Assembly: GCA_964016885.1 (NCBI GenBank) | Contig: OZ024743.1 | Coordinates: 369,954,001-370,018,000 of the forward strand | Source of the DNA: Eledone cirrhosa | Taxonomy: Eukaryota | Reading direction: 5' to 3' | Length of the DNA: 64,000 nucleotides | Shown here: positions 60,405-64,000 of the stretch, one piece after another | Numbering within the stretch: position 1 is the first letter of the stretch | How the letters are laid out: each line of letters opens with the position of its first letter | The notes under the pieces: model-generated | Seen by the model: the letters and a program-made list of their open reading frames with translations, nothing else | What the model was told of the DNA's origin: nothing | Database searches by the model: none | Position numbers and translations under genes: made by a program

Positions 60405-61675
<1,271 letters not shown>

Positions 61676-61761
61676 ATATTATATATATATATATAATATT
61701 TATATAATATATATATAATATATATATTATATAACATATATATATATATATTATATATATA

Positions 61762-64000
61762 TAAAGGAAAGGAATGTTTCTCTTTGTTGAATATAAGTCA
61801 CCAATTTGGTTGAGGTATATTGTCACCAATTTGGTGAAAGATGTGTTGTCACCAGATTTAGTTGAGAGATATGATAGGAATATCAACAACGACTTTAGCT
61901 TGGTTTTACATTATTTATTAATAGAGGTTGAGCTGGCATGCCAAGAGAAATGAAATAATTCAATTAAGATTGCAAGAGAAAATACGGGCGACTGGCTGAA
62001 GGCGTTTGGCCAGGCTCGTAGGTAATGTTTTGTCGTTACATATTGTTTGTGCTTACGGAGCAAAAGAACAAGCGGTGATTACTTTAGCATGGTCTAGCTG
62101 CGAGTCCGCTAGCCTGGAAGTGGTGGCGTCCTCAAATCTTTGCGGGCTATTTCTCCCTCAGAACGCGTAGGGATACATCCTCTTCTACTGGCGCTGATTG
62201 GCTGAGCTGAGCCAAATCACGCATAGAGAATGTATGTGAGCCCGCGGAATGTAGGTCACTACATCACCTCCGAGCAGATTTTCAGCCGAAAATCGTTAAC
62301 GAAGAAACCGAGGACCCACATATAATTGAATCAGCAAGAACAAATGCTGAAAGAGCACATCAATGAAAAAATAATTGAGTAGAAAGATGCATGCAAGAAC
62401 AAAAAAAATTAGGCGCGACGGGCCGTGTTGAGCCGCTGTCAAATGACTAGCTGTTTTGTAGTTTATACGTGACGACAAAGGTCTACCAGAAAACAGATAA
62501 AGTCTGACATGGGCGAAGTTGCTGTTCTTGCATTAAATGTTAATGGTAAGCGTTGTACCAGTAGCTATTATGGTAGTTTACCAGTGCTGGCGAGAAAATG
62601 ATGGCCTCCCAGACGTATTGCCGAATGTGCTATGGAGCCAGGAAAAAATGGCTTGTTGCTTTGATAAGGAAAAAAAAAAAAGCAAGTTGTATCTGTAGGT
62701 GAGTTGCAGTTCCATGTAATACAGCAAAGAAAATGTGTGCGTGCGGTCAATATATAATGATAGAGAGAAATGAATTTTCATATAATACAGTTTAAAAAAA
62801 ATAAATATCCAAAATAAAGGCCTGAAAAAAAAAGGAAGAAAGAAAGAATTGTTTCTTTTCTTTTAACAAAAAGTTCGCTTCTTTTTTCTTTGTGAACGCT
62901 CCTACTAGGGAGCTAGTAGAATTGTTGTTAAAGCAAAGTTACAATGAATCTTCTGTAGAGTCGAATTCGAGCGTTGAAGAAACCAGAGTCACCGATATGG
63001 CAGCCACGTCTGACGCCATAATGGTGAGAAAACTAATGTCTTAATTTCTCGAGTCCTCGTGGTAACGAGACAGAAGGTGTGGTCGTTGCGTCGGTAAAGT
63101 TACAAGCCGTTTCCTGGTGTTGGTTAATATAGCCATGTGTTGCCGCTGATGGCTGTTACTTGGTGGTAGCCGTTTTGAAATCTCCTCGTGGCGTAAAGTT
63201 TTGGAAATACTGCTAATCTTTTTCTCTAAAAAAATTCTAAAGAAAAAAAATTATTTTCCATGATGGCCGATCGAAAAATGTGTCCGTGATGAAGAAGCCG
63301 TCATGTGGCACGATGCAGCCAATCAGATGGCTGGGATCGAAGAAGACAAGCTGAACGCGGGAAAACAAAATGTTTGAGTCTCTATTTGCAATTTCAACAG
63401 AACGTTGAAAGCAAAATTCTATATCCAGAGAAATTCTTTTTTTTTTAATTCTTTTTTTTTTCTGTCTTTATCAAACTATGCTCGCAATAATAATTTTCAA
63501 TCCAAAAGAGAAATTTTTTGTTAGACGTCGAAAAAAAACGCTTTCTTTTGTGTTGTATTTTTTTGTTCGTCTGTATGCGTGAGTCAGCAGAAAGTTATGA
63601 CAGAAATATTGTGCAGGTCGTGTGCTTCAACAAATGGAATATTATGAATTATTTGGACTTAGGCTAAGTGAGTCTAGCAACCCGATTCGAATATTCCATT
63701 TGTTAAGCCACTCCATAATGCCGTTAAAACGAATGGCGAATTCAAATAGGCTGCGTTTTCATTCTTTATCGTCGAAGAGTCACCAATAAAGGAAAAGGAA
63801 TGTTTCTCTTTGTTGAATATAAGTCACCAATCTGGTTGAGGTATATTGTCACCAATTTGGTGAAAGATGTGTTGTCACCAGATTTAGTTGAGAGATATGA
63901 TAGGAATATCAACAACGACTTTAGCTTGGTTTTACATTATTTATTAACAGAGGTTGAGCTGGCATGCCAAGAGAAATGAAATAATTCAATTAAGATTACA
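61762..64000 (-). mobile_element. small non-autonomous LTR element (3' LTR 61762-62263; 5' LTR from 63787, cut by the window end)
   Basis: Direct repeat at 2025-bp spacing; tRNA-Trp-like PBS TGGTGACTCTTCGACG at 63770-63785; short PPT-like GGAGGTGA before TGTAG at 62263; no RT ORF in the 1.5-kb interior. Confidence 0.7.

Overview
AT-rich animal (eukaryotic) genomic DNA; the SINE style and the (TA)n density suggest a cephalopod, but that is inference. No host gene could be supported: the window is almost entirely transposons and simple repeats. It is dominated by Penelope-like retroelements (PLEs: RT plus C-terminal GIY-YIG endonuclease) from several distinct families, inserted into (TA)n arrays, usually as 5'-truncated, inverted or palindromic copies. 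Their pseudo-LTRs (pLTRs) carry type I hammerhead ribozymes. By eye I count more than 25 motifs in about 12 unrelated sequence contexts, including non-canonical cores (CAGAAGA fixed in one family, CCGAUGA in three contexts) and one with a ~95-nt stem II. Also present: a decayed CsRn1-type Ty3/gypsy element, two small LTR elements with no RT, two head-to-tail non-autonomous Helitrons, RTE LINE fragments, tRNA-derived SINEs and mini/microsatellites. The best novelty candidate is a small (TA)n-inserted non-coding element family (38030-38432 and 48029-48897) whose diverged copies conserve a covarying RNA-like structure containing only half of a hammerhead core. All structures were folded by eye and coordinates of decayed ends are approximate.
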